IMG/VR virus record: IMGVR_UViG_3300035208_003581
Location: 59,128 to 123,127 of that record
Reading direction: 5' to 3' (one strand)
Length of the DNA: 64,000 nt
Source: a virus
Taxonomy: Duplodnaviria > Caudoviricetes
Shown here: positions 1 through 11,000 of the stretch, in pieces
How the letters are laid out: every line of letters begins with the position of its first letter
How positions within the stretch are numbered: position 1 is the stretch's first letter
Made by a program: the position numbers and the translations under genes
The notes under the pieces: model-generated
What the model saw: only the letters and a program-made list of their open reading frames with translations
Databases searched by the model: none
Told to the model about the DNA's origin: nothing

Positions 1-1
1 T

Positions 2-3000
2 AATTCTTTTGTTACTGGACTTGATAATGTGGGGAGTACAGGTTTAATAGATTTTTGGTACCCACTTGGATTTAGGAAACCATCAGCAACTGATCTATCT
101 ACAAATTTATTTAATTTCAATTCAAATACATCCACACCTAAATATGGTCGTATTGGTACTGTATTTGGAATTACTGAAATAGCATATTCTGATAAGGATA
201 CTGCAAATAAGGGTGCATTATATCTTGCTCCATGTAGATTTATACATGACAGTGAAAACCTTCAAACTACAGGTGTGGTTGCAGGTGATATTTTATTTAT
301 TTTAGATACAAATACTTTTCATGTTATTGAATCTGTACTAGGGAGTGTTTTACAGTTTGCAGATGGGTCTTTTACATTAACTGGTGATGTAAATGCATCT
401 ATTTTAAAATTAATACCTCAATCATTACTATCTATATCTGGACCAGATACTGAATTAGGTAAAGAACAAACATTTATATTTTATGACCCAAATAGTCCTG
501 TTGAAACTAACCCTGATTATTACAGATCTAATCTTAGTGAGTTAGATCAATATAGATTACGACCATTATTTCCAAATAGATCAAATATACGTATTGATGC
601 TATTTTTAAGACTACTCTTGAGAATATGAATGAAGATTGGGATTTTCAATTAGTACTTTATCCCGATGATGGTACTGGTAATCCTGACATAACAAAACCT
701 ATATTTGATAGACAAGTTATAATTGACACATCTTTACCAATAAGTGAGCAAGCACTTATTGTTGATTATATACAAGGTGAAATAAGGTTAAGTGTCCCCT
801 CAGTTGCTGGGGGGATGCTTAACCCTAATTCAGTTTCAGGACCATTAAAATTATGGGCGGCATTTGCCGTTATTAGCAATGGTATTGTAAATAGTGTAAG
901 TAAACTTCAAAGTTTACCACAAGTAACATCTGGTGATGGGCGTACTAATGTAGAATCGTATATTAAATATGATTCAGATAAACAATTATGGTCTATACTT
1001 TCTGGTAAAGGTTATCAGAGTACAGTTCCAAGTGAGAAACCAAAACATGGATTTGGTATCACAGAATTCAGCTCAGATGAAGCAATTCCAGCATTTTATT
1101 TTGATGAAATTACAGAGTCTTGGAAAGTTGTATCACATGGTTCTGATACTGTTGATGTTGGTGCGGTTAATTTAGAATCAGCTGTTAAAGATGTAAATAA
1201 TGGTAAAATTGGATTTTCATTTGTGGATGGTGAATCTGGTCTTCAATATAATAAAGATGAATTAAGATTATCTTCAAATATTACTCGTATAACTGGTTCT
1301 CAAAAAAAAGGTTCTGTATCAAACCAACAAAAGAATCATAATGGTATATTTTCAAATAACTCAAATATATCTACAGATGGATCTGCACGTAAATATTCAA
1401 AAATTATAATTTCAGAAGAATATAATTATACATATACATTATCAGCATCAAACCATGTATTGGATTTAACGATTGGTATTGATGAGGATATTAATTTAGA
1501 TCTAGCTGGGTCTTATATTCCTGTAACTGGTGTTACATTAGGATATTTTGTATCTACGATACCACATGGATTTAAACCAGGCGATATGGTAGAGTTTGAT
1601 AGTGCTATTATAGGATTAATGATCAATGCATTTTTTAGTTTCTACATTACAAATGGTTCTATTATTTCTGATACTCAATTTAAACTTTCAGATACCTATG
1701 CAGATGCAATAGCTGGTACATCACATAATTTTTCAAATGTCGTTTCTAGTGTAAACATATTTAAAGCAGTTAAAAATTCATATGCTGGTAAATATGTTGC
1801 TGTAAAAGGCACTTCTAGTTCAATGTTTTCAAAAATAATTTCTAACACACATAATTCTTTATATACTGAAGATGCTTGGACAAATTCAGAGGGAAATGGA
1901 ACTATAGGACCTGGTATTGCTAATATTTATAATTGGTATTATGGTGTTAATAGAGAACAGTTAACATTATCTCAGTATATAGGTACTTCTACAGCTCCTT
2001 TTAATGGTGGTTTTTTTGATGGGGATAATATATGGCTATTCCCATATATTATGAATGGGGTAGATAATTTAACATTATTGAAAATAAATCAAATTTCTAA
2101 AAAAATAGATAGTTTTCCTTTACCTGTAGATATATATACATTTTCATCATGTGATACATGTGTATTTGATGGTTTATTTATTTGGATATATTCAACTCCA
2201 TATTATTGTTATAAGTTTAATACAAAAACTTATGAGTATACAAGTTATACTACACCATATAATTCAACAGCATTTAGATCAATATTTGATGGGGAAAATA
2301 TTTGGTTGGATTGTGGATCTGATGGTATATATATTATAAATATACTAACAAATGAATATGAAAATATATCTATAGTTGGTGGTTATAATTATATTTTATT
2401 TGATGGTGAGAGTATATGGTTAATACCATATACTTCTGATAACTTCTGTAAAATTTCAAAATCAACACATTCAGTAGAATATATACCTAATCCAATTTCA
2501 GGATCATGGTTGTTTTCTAGTGCTGTGTTTGATGGGGAACATATTTGGTGTATCCCTGATCAATCAACTTATTTTTTGAAAATTGATGTATCAACAAATT
2601 TGATGAAGGAAATACCACATATTTACACTGGTACAAATTTTTTCAGAGATTCTGCTTTTGATGGAGAACATATTTGGTGTATTCCACATGACACAGATAC
2701 TTTAGTATGTATTGATATTTCTGACGAGCACTTTTATGATTTCCCAGGGTTTTCTGGTGAACAATACAAAAATATCCTATGTGTGGATGGGAATTTATAT
2801 GTATTTCCAAATGGTGATGGTACAAATCTAACAATTTTACATCCTTTAAATTTCCCTAAAAATATAATTAATTCTGAATCAATTACAACTAAAAAATTAC
2901 AAATATCAGGTACACATGAAATCGAAGAACTCAGTACATTATCTACTATTTCTCAGAAGACATGCTTTCATAGTTTTGGAGATATTGGTGTAACTGTATC

Positions 3001-4951
3001 TGATGGTTATTTTAGAGTATATGATATTAAAAATCCATCATCTTTAACACTTCTAGGTTCGTATAATGTAGGTAGTTATACTTATGTTGATGTGTACACT
3101 AATGGTAAATATGCTATAGTATTGAAAGATGATACAATAGAATTGTTAAATATGAGAGTTCATACAAATATTTATAATATGAGTACATATTATATTACTG
3201 GTGGTAGGGGTAAATTAGAGATTATTGATGGTGTTTTATTTGTATCCAGTACTACAGGTATTGTAATATTAAGTATAGAAAACACTGGTTGGTATGTTAT
3301 TAATACCATAATAGGTTCTGAAGTATATGATTTTAAAATAAAAAATGACTTGTTAGTAGCGTCTACTTGGACTTCTCCAAGGGGTATTCATATTTATAAT
3401 ATATCAGATGTATTTAATGTGTATTCTATATATACTCCATCTGATATTGGTTTATATTGTTATGGTTTAGATATTGTTGATAATTATGTATATCTAATTA
3501 TTTCAAATTCCATTAGAATTTATGATATTACAATTTTAACTTCACCTGTTCTTTTACAGACTTTATCTCTGAGCAGTTTAGGATGTAATTTTGGTTCATC
3601 AACAAAATTGTTTATTGAAGGTGATTATTTATATTTATACAATACACATATTTACATATTTAATATTTCAAATAGAGCATTTCCTGTATTAGAAACATTT
3701 TATGATATTTCAAGTACATTTTTATATAAAAATAATCAATATGTATATTCTATTTCTGGAGATAATATTTATACTTATAAAATAGATACCATGAAACTTG
3801 GTAATGCACATACATCTTCGTTATTATCTAAAAATATTTATACTTCTAGATTAGAAGTGTCAACTAATTTAGAAGCAAAATCTATAAACGTTTCAGATGG
3901 TATTGTAAGTAATGGACGTATTTCTGCTTGGGGAAATATACGTTCTAATGATTTAATATCAGATAAATACTCAAACCTCAGTATGCTTTCTGTGATGAAT
4001 TGGTCATCACTTAGTTTTACAGGATTTCCAACTAACCTAACTAGTATAGCATATGCAGATGATACTTCTACACGAGAAAATGGACCTATTTGTTTGGTAG
4101 TTGGCGGTGCAGATATTTGGGAATCTTTTGATGGTAACTACTTTTCTATTAATATAAATAAAACTTTGGATGATGTTACTCATAAAGTAGTATATGGTGA
4201 TGGTAAATATGTTATAACGGCCACTGATGGTGGTAATGATTTTCCTATTAGTGTTACAGACGATGGTGTTAATTTTACAGATTCATCTTCAATCTATAAT
4301 CAACAAGGCCTCGCACATAATGGTCTATCAGGAGTTAATTCAATTTGGGTTTTAGTATGTGCAACAGGTGTATTTTCTCAAAATGTTATCTATACCTCCC
4401 AAGATGCTACGAGTTGGACATCAAGATTGACTAGTGCTAGTATATCGTTTAATTCGGTTGCATTTGGGAAAAATAGTTCTTGGCAAGATCTTTGGGTAGC
4501 AGTAGGGTATGAAGAGATATGGTATTCATCCGATAGTATAACTTGGTATGCAGCATCTTCAGTACCTTCTAAACAGATATTATCTGTAGTATGGTCACAA
4601 GGTCGTTGGATTGCTGTATGCTCCAATAATACTATTCTCACATCTCCAGATGGGGATATATGGACAGCAATTGAAAATGTTTTTCCTTGGGCAAATTTTG
4701 ACTTAGGTGGTAGCGGTGATGATTTAATAGATATTAAAACAGATGGTAATAATACTTTTGTTATTGTTGGTAATAATGGGGTTATTGGAATATCCATATA
4801 TCAAAATATATGGAAAAGAGCAGATTGTGTATACCCTAACATAAGTACAGTTCCAAATATTGTTGCATTAGATTATGATCCTAATAGACGAACATTCATT
4901 GCTGTTACTGATAGTGGTTTTTTAGTAAAGAATTTATGTTCTTATATATAA
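2..4951 (+). CDS. Large tail fibre/appendage-like protein with several beta-propeller modules (probably 5'-partial)
   Basis: Frame is open from base 2. The N-terminal ~400 aa is paralogous to the next ORF. It is followed by seven FDG(E/D)xIW-type repeats, LVIVD-like repeats (YDIKNPSSLTLLGSY, LDIVDNYVYL) and C-terminal Asp-box-like SxDGxxW repeats. Confidence 0.65.
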   Translation, partial: NSFVTGLDNVGSTGLIDFWYPLGFRKPSATDLSTNLFNFNSNTSTPKYGRIGTVFGITEIAYSDKDTANKGALYLAPCRFIHDSENLQTTGVVAGDILFILDTNTFHVIESVLGSVLQFADGSFTLTGDVNASILKLIPQSLLSISGPDTELGKEQTFIFYDPNSPVETNPDYYRSNLSELDQYRLRPLFPNRSNIRIDAIFKTTLENMNEDWDFQLVLYPDDGTGNPDITKPIFDRQVIIDTSLPISEQALIVDYIQGEIRLSVPSVAGGMLNPNSVSGPLKLWAAFAVISNGIVNSVSKLQSLPQVTSGDGRTNVESYIKYDSDKQLWSILSGKGYQSTVPSEKPKHGFGITEFSSDEAIPAFYFDEITESWKVVSHGSDTVDVGAVNLESAVKDVNNGKIGFSFVDGESGLQYNKDELRLSSNITRITGSQKKGSVSNQQKNHNGIFSNNSNISTDGSARKYSKIIISEEYNYTYTLSASNHVLDLTIGIDEDINLDLAGSYIPVTGVTLGYFVSTIPHGFKPGDMVEFDSAIIGLMINAFFSFYITNGSIISDTQFKLSDTYADAIAGTSHNFSNVVSSVNIFKAVKNSYAGKYVAVKGTSSSMFSKIISNTHNSLYTEDAWTNSEGNGTIGPGIANIYNWYYGVNREQLTLSQYIGTSTAPFNGGFFDGDNIWLFPYIMNGVDNLTLLKINQISKKIDSFPLPVDIYTFSSCDTCVFDGLFIWIYSTPYYCYKFNTKTYEYTSYTTPYNSTAFRSIFDGENIWLDCGSDGIYIINILTNEYENISIVGGYNYILFDGESIWLIPYTSDNFCKISKSTHSVEYIPNPISGSWLFSSAVFDGEHIWCIPDQSTYFLKIDVSTNLMKEIPHIYTGTNFFRDSAFDGEHIWCIPHDTDTLVCIDISDEHFYDFPGFSGEQYKNILCVDGNLYVFPNGDGTNLTILHPLNFPKNIINSESITTKKLQISGTHEIEELSTLSTISQKTCFHSFGDIGVTVSDGYFRVYDIKNPSSLTLLGSYNVGSYTYVDVYTNGKYAIVLKDDTIELLNMRVHTNIYNMSTYYITGGRGKLEIIDGVLFVSSTTGIVILSIENTGWYVINTIIGSEVYDFKIKNDLLVASTWTSPRGIHIYNISDVFNVYSIYTPSDIGLYCYGLDIVDNYVYLIISNSIRIYDITILTSPVLLQTLSLSSLGCNFGSSTKLFIEGDYLYLYNTHIYIFNISNRAFPVLETFYDISSTFLYKNNQYVYSISGDNIYTYKIDTMKLGNAHTSSLLSKNIYTSRLEVSTNLEAKSINVSDGIVSNGRISAWGNIRSNDLISDKYSNLSMLSVMNWSSLSFTGFPTNLTSIAYADDTSTRENGPICLVVGGADIWESFDGNYFSININKTLDDVTHKVVYGDGKYVITATDGGNDFPISVTDDGVNFTDSSSIYNQQGLAHNGLSGVNSIWVLVCATGVFSQNVIYTSQDATSWTSRLTSASISFNSVAFGKNSSWQDLWVAVGYEEIWYSSDSITWYAASSVPSKQILSVVWSQGRWIAVCSNNTILTSPDGDIWTAIENVFPWANFDLGGSGDDLIDIKTDGNNTFVIVGNNGVIGISIYQNIWKRADCVYPNISTVPNIVALDYDPNRRTFIAVTDSGFLVKNLCSYI

Positions 4952-4965
4952 GATAGGGTTTCATC

Positions 4966-7071
4966 ATGACATATTTTGAAGAACTTATATTGAAAAGTGT
5001 GAAGCAATTAAATGGTAAATTACACACTTCTTCAATAGGGATTAATAAGGAATTATTAGATATACCTCAAAGTTCTGTTGCTCCATTTGATAGAGATATA
5101 AATAATGGCGTGGTAGACTTACCAATCTATCACGGATTCCGACACCCATCAGCTTCTAAAGCTGATGCAAATTTGTTTACATGTGCAAAAATAAAAAATC
5201 AAGTTGGAGATTCATATCGTGGCAGGATTGGTACGTATTATGGAATCACCGAAAAATCATACAGTGATTATATGTCTACTGCTGCAGTACAAGGTGATCT
5301 TATCACACTTACTCATAGCTCATTTGATTTTGAATCAGATGGTGTTGAACCAGGGGATATGCTCCTTACATGCAGTTTGAATGCTGATGTTGGTAATGCT
5401 GGTATCCGTAAAATTTCAACTGTATCTGGTTCTAGTTTAACCATACCAGGAGCGAATAGTTTTGGTAATACAGGGAATATAAACTCTATTATTTTAAAAC
5501 TTGAACCTGTGCAATTATTCACAGTCCCTAGTTCAGGTGTACCTGGTAAAGAACAAGTATTTCTAACAGTTGACCCTGTGTATCTTGATGAAAGTTGGAA
5601 CACATTTGTTCCAGATTTATATTCTGAGTTACAGAGTGATTACAAAACTATTAATCAATATCGTATTTATCCCCTTTTACCTGCACATAAAAATAAACGT
5701 GCTGATGGTGTATTTTATCGAGTTTCAGATAAGACTTCATCTGCTAATTTAGATGCAAATGAATGGGGTTATGGGATGGTACTCTATCCTGCATTGTCAG
5801 ATGGTAGTGGTCCTGACCTAACTAATCCTATCATACCTAGTAGTAATGTACTTGATGATTCCAAGCTATTAAGTGAGCAAGATATAATTGTAGATTACAG
5901 AAATGGTGTAGTTACATTAACTGTTTCTCCACAACCTGGTAGTCAATTAAATCCAAATAGTTATGAAGGGCCAATTTTCAAATTATGGGCAGTATATGCT
6001 GCATATACTTTAGATACATATCTTGGATTAGATAAACAAAATGCTGTATCAAATATGTTATTTGATTTCCCTTCAAATGGTGATGTAGATAATGATAATC
6101 CTGCATATATCCAATACAATACAAATTCTGGTTTGTGGCGTTTACATTCTGGTCGTGGGGTTAATGCTAATTCAGAATTTCATGGTATTGAGGTGGGATA
6201 TGAGTCTTTTAGTTCAGAAGTAGTACCTTCTATTATATGGGATATTACAAATTCACAATGGTCAATGTATTCTCAATACGGTGATTTAGCAGATAGTTAC
6301 CCAGTACATTTAGTATCTGGTTATTCAGGTATAAATGATGCTGGTGTTGGGGTTAATATTTCCAGTGTTGAATACGAATTTAAATATAATTCTACTAGAG
6401 GTGGTTGGTATTTAACTGGTACAGGTATGCAGATAGAGCAAGATTTAGGCACTATTTCTGTTGATAGTTTAGTTCGATTTAAACACGACTCAATTTCACA
6501 TGGTTGTTCTGGTGTACTGCCTGTGAATATTGGAGGTGATATTTTATTCTTAGATTCAACAGGTGGTTTAAAGATACGTGGGTTAGATGAAAGTACTGAT
6601 GGTGTTACTATAGAAGGTTATACAGGAGATTCAGATACAGTTAATTCTGCAGAATCTCATTCTGCTGTCTCAATTAATAGTTTTAAAATAGTTTCAAATA
6701 ATGGTAGTGATTTTTCTGATACTGAAAATATTTTCAGTATAAAAAATAATAACTCTAATAAATTTATTCTTAAAGGGAATGGTGATTGTTTAGTTACAGG
6801 TTCTTTTGATAATTATGATAATGAAAGTGATGCATTAGCATGTCAAGATATGGCCTATGTACTCAGTGGTAAATATAATCAAGTCATACAATATAATCGT
6901 GATAATTTAGAAAAAATAGGTGTTATGTCAAATGGTTATATTCATGTTAATAATTTAATAGGTTTGATGTTAGGAGCTATTGGAGAATCATATAAAATAA
7001 TTGATGTTCTTTGTGGTAAATTAGGATTGAATTATGCTGAAATTCGTACTATAGTCCGTGATGTTAAATAA
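4966..7071 (+). CDS. Virion fibre/appendage protein, paralog of the upstream ORF, possible C-terminal intramolecular chaperone
   Basis: Shares GFRxPSA...NLF, GRIGTxxGITE, PxxGKEQ, LYP..G.GxPDxT.PI and VDYxxG...LWAxxA motifs with ORF 2..4951. The C-terminal helical segment resembles tail-fibre chaperone tails. Confidence 0.55.
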   Translation: MTYFEELILKSVKQLNGKLHTSSIGINKELLDIPQSSVAPFDRDINNGVVDLPIYHGFRHPSASKADANLFTCAKIKNQVGDSYRGRIGTYYGITEKSYSDYMSTAAVQGDLITLTHSSFDFESDGVEPGDMLLTCSLNADVGNAGIRKISTVSGSSLTIPGANSFGNTGNINSIILKLEPVQLFTVPSSGVPGKEQVFLTVDPVYLDESWNTFVPDLYSELQSDYKTINQYRIYPLLPAHKNKRADGVFYRVSDKTSSANLDANEWGYGMVLYPALSDGSGPDLTNPIIPSSNVLDDSKLLSEQDIIVDYRNGVVTLTVSPQPGSQLNPNSYEGPIFKLWAVYAAYTLDTYLGLDKQNAVSNMLFDFPSNGDVDNDNPAYIQYNTNSGLWRLHSGRGVNANSEFHGIEVGYESFSSEVVPSIIWDITNSQWSMYSQYGDLADSYPVHLVSGYSGINDAGVGVNISSVEYEFKYNSTRGGWYLTGTGMQIEQDLGTISVDSLVRFKHDSISHGCSGVLPVNIGGDILFLDSTGGLKIRGLDESTDGVTIEGYTGDSDTVNSAESHSAVSINSFKIVSNNGSDFSDTENIFSIKNNNSNKFILKGNGDCLVTGSFDNYDNESDALACQDMAYVLSGKYNQVIQYNRDNLEKIGVMSNGYIHVNNLIGLMLGAIGESYKIIDVLCGKLGLNYAEIRTIVRDVK

Positions 7072-7091
7072 CCAAAGGATAGTAATAGACT

Positions 7092-7334
7092 ATGGATCAT
7101 ACTACATATATTAATAGTACTCTAAAATTAAATTCTCCACCAGACCATTTTTCTGAAATAGAAAAAGAAATGTTTACACAATTAAAAGAAATACGTAAAA
7201 ATTATGAAATAACACAAAATCAAATAGTTGACTTAAAAAATAATCTGTTAATACTCGAAGGTGAAATGAATATCTGCATTAAATGTTTAATAAAATATAA
7301 GAGTAATACAGAAACTACAAGTGAGGTTGAATAA
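7092..7334 (+). CDS. Small coiled-coil protein, possible fibre assembly chaperone
   Basis: Heptad-rich 80 aa directly after the fibre-like gene. Confidence 0.35.
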   Translation: MDHTTYINSTLKLNSPPDHFSEIEKEMFTQLKEIRKNYEITQNQIVDLKNNLLILEGEMNICIKCLIKYKSNTETTSEVE

Positions 7335-8002
7335 TGCGATTTGTAGTAGATCGATTTACAAATAGAGTAAAAGGTAGCTTTCCAAGTGTTGATTTTCCAA
7401 TAAATGGTAATTTCATTATAAAGATACCATCTGCAGTATCAGTATCCGTAAATTCAGACACTGATTTGGATGCTTTATTAGTTAAAAAGGCAGAAGGTAT
7501 TTTAGCATTTTACCCTAATTTTTCAAATATAATTATGGAAGATTTTTTGAATGCTTCAAATGTAGAGGTTCCTGTTTCCCCAGATCCTACTATTTTATGT
7601 GCTGCAATACCATCTACATCAGATTTGGTATCTAATCCTTTTTGTACATATCTTCTTCCAAATGATGGGGTGAATAATGGTGTATTGACATCTAGTACAT
7701 ATACATTAGCATCTCTTCCATCAACTACGGATGTGATTGTTATTTGGGAAGTATTTCAGCTTTCGTTTTCTGAAACAGTAGATGGTATATCTCAAATGTA
7801 TTATTCAGAGATAGATTCTGATTCAATTACATGTGAAATTTCATTTGATAATGGTGCAAATTGGGAACAGGTTTTTGATACAACTTTTACTACTTTAAAT
7901 GGTTTGTATACTGGTCAAAGTGTGAAGATTAGATTTATAAATAATCTTAGTTACAGTGACCAAAAAGTGTGGTTAGGTGGATATTCAATTTTACATACCT
8001 AA
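7334..8002 (+). CDS. Putative virion structural protein
   Basis: Beta-rich, SFDNGANW motif, translationally coupled within the structural cluster. Confidence 0.45.
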   Translation: MRFVVDRFTNRVKGSFPSVDFPINGNFIIKIPSAVSVSVNSDTDLDALLVKKAEGILAFYPNFSNIIMEDFLNASNVEVPVSPDPTILCAAIPSTSDLVSNPFCTYLLPNDGVNNGVLTSSTYTLASLPSTTDVIVIWEVFQLSFSETVDGISQMYYSEIDSDSITCEISFDNGANWEQVFDTTFTTLNGLYTGQSVKIRFINNLSYSDQKVWLGGYSILHT

Positions 8003-8014
8003 GAGGATATAAAA

Positions 8015-11000
8015 ATGTCTGATAATTTTGGTAATGGTGTGAGCCGTACTTTAAATAGTAAAGATCATCAATTTTCAAATGTGGTATGGCAAAAAGGTAA
8101 ACCACCTCTTGACAGTGAATTTAGTCTTATCACTCAAATGATTCAGGAGATTCAGCATAAATTTTCTGAAGCTCATTATCCAAGTGGTTGGATGGGTGAC
8201 CCTTTAATGTGTATAGAAGATTATGTGACAAATAAGTCTTGGTCTAACTATTTTAAGTTTGGTTATCAATACAGTGGTGAAAAACGTGGTTTTCCAATTG
8301 CAACAGTAAATGGTTGGGTAATTCCTGTTACTGCTACTCGTGTAGGTAATCCTCCCACTGCTCCAAATGATACAGAATATTCAAATCGTGTTGAACTAGA
8401 TCCACCTCCATCATCAGCAGGTGATAATAGAATTGATTTTGTATTTTTAGAAGTGTGGAAAGCTCAGTTATCACCTGGTGGTACTATTTCAAAACCTACT
8501 GCAAGTAGTATATATAACTTTGGTAATATAGAATTTGGTGGTACTAATTTATCTGATGATATAAAAGACCCAGCAATAGGATTTGAGACATCAGAACGTG
8601 TTCAAATTCAATACTGTATTCGTGTAGTGTCTGGTATTTCACTCACCAATGTGAATAATGGATTTGATCCTTCAACAGTCTTTGCTCGTGGTACAGCATC
8701 CAGTAATACAACTTTTACATACACAAATATGTATTCCGAACTTGGAGATGCTGGTTTATGGCGTGCTGGTGATGGAGATTATGCTAATTCTCTTGGTGCC
8801 GTTGATGGGTATTCTTATGCGATACCAATTTGTTCTGTATTTCGTAGAAATAGTGTTGGTTATAACCCTACATCGAATCAAAATGGTGGTGTAAATAGGA
8901 ATAACTTAGCTCAAACTCGTGATGATGCTACAGAGTTTGTTAATATTCCTACATTATTAAATGAATTATCTTTAAATGCAACTACTCTCACACTTTCTAA
9001 TATTACCAGTACAGGTATACCAACTTATTCAAATTATATTAGAATTGATGATGAAATAATGACTTATTCTGGTGTGCAGGGTAACAATCTTATAAATTTA
9101 ATACGAGAGAGTGATCCACCTCTTTCTGTATCTACTTATGGATCAAAATCTCAAACACATAGTGCTGGTACTCAAATTAATTTATTACCTATACGTCCAG
9201 ATGGTTTATTTTCTGATGAAATAACTCGTGACGATATTTTGGATATGCGCCATATTGTTTCTCTTGGTAACATTGATTATCATTCATTATTAATCAGTAA
9301 TTTAACTAATTTACTGCATGGAGAATTGAAAACTACCTGGAAACGTAGTGGGGCTGCTGGTATTCGTGGAGTAAAATTGCTCTATGTTGATCAAATAACA
9401 AGTGTATCACCAGCAATTGGTGTTACCCAATTGGATGCACCTGATAATCATCGTATATTATTTTCTGATGCTGCTATACTTCAACCTGGTAATTTATGTA
9501 TTATGTTTCCTCCATCGTCAGTAGGGGATGAATATTCGTCTCGTTCTACATTTGATTTAAATCCATCAACATGTTTTGCTACATTACATGCAACAAGTGG
9601 TGGTAGTGTTTGGTCTGGGGGCACAGGTGATGATTCTTTACGTATTCCAATCTCACCATTTAAAACTGGTTTTTTGACAGGTCATTCTGATTCTGTTCGT
9701 TTTGTGTTACCTACAGAGGTATCTGATTCAGTTGTAATTTATGTAGATGGTGATACTACAAAGTATACTGCTGATGGAGGGTATTTTACGGTAACAGGTA
9801 GTGTAAACGGTGCTTCTACTGATCCATCTGATGATTTAATCATTACATTGGATCATTCAACATTTCCAAATGTTTCTTCAAATATTTATATTTTCTTTGC
9901 ATTACAATATTCACCTGGGCGTGGTTTAAGTCGTAAACCAGATGATGTTTATAACATTAGGTTTACATCTACACCAAGTGATACATTAGCAAGATATCAT
10001 GATACACTTCATATTGAACCTATACATTTATGGGGTAAAGTTAATCCAAATGGATATCGTGGTGAATCTGTAAAAAATAGTGAGGCATATATTGATTTAG
10101 GATCAAAAACACTAGTAGTGTGCCCTTATCGTAAATTAACATTACCTAGAATAAAAATTAAAAATGGTGCTGCATTAAATGGTGGTTTAGGCCTTATGCC
10201 TATTGGATCTGCACCTAAAGATGTAATTGATCCACTTGGTCTTTTTGAAAATCATAGTCAAGATGATTTATATGTGGAAATTCAAAAAGAATGGTTAAGT
10301 ATGCCTACATTAGGTGATGTATACACTCCAATTGTTCATACAACTGATGGATCAAATTTTTCTCAAGGTATTAATTTCTTTTTAAAACATACTATTGGTT
10401 TACATGCTGATTTAGGTAATTATGAAAAAAACTATGTGAATACTTCTTTAGCGACTTCACAACAATTTTTTACAACAGTTACTGATGTTGGTGTTCCTGC
10501 TGCGTATAACAGATCTGTTGTAATTACAGGTGATTCTAGGGTAGCTTCTGGAATTCGTTTATATAACTCAAATGGTCGTCAAGGATTAGAATTACCACCA
10601 TTTTATGGTGTATCTCGTTTATGGGCTGTATATGAAGCCAGTGATTTCATAGATAATCATGGGAGTTTTAATTCGTCTGATCGTACTGAAATAACAGGTA
10701 ATGCTATTAACTTATTACGTCCAGATTTTGATGGTCCAACATTATTCATTATAGAAGATGATGATGGTGATGCTACATTTGTTTTAAATGCAGAAGCTAT
10801 TGACCTGAATCGTCTAAGTTCACCTCCATCAGATTTTCTTAGTGGTGAATATGTGGTTGAAGCTTCTGTATTTGGTTTTGATCGTGGGTTTTTAAGTGAT
10901 AATGCACGTATTGTACTATCGAGAGTACGAGATGAAGGTGTTGCAGCAGGAGATGATATTGATGCTCCTCAATTTATAGTTCCAGCACCACTTGCATCAA

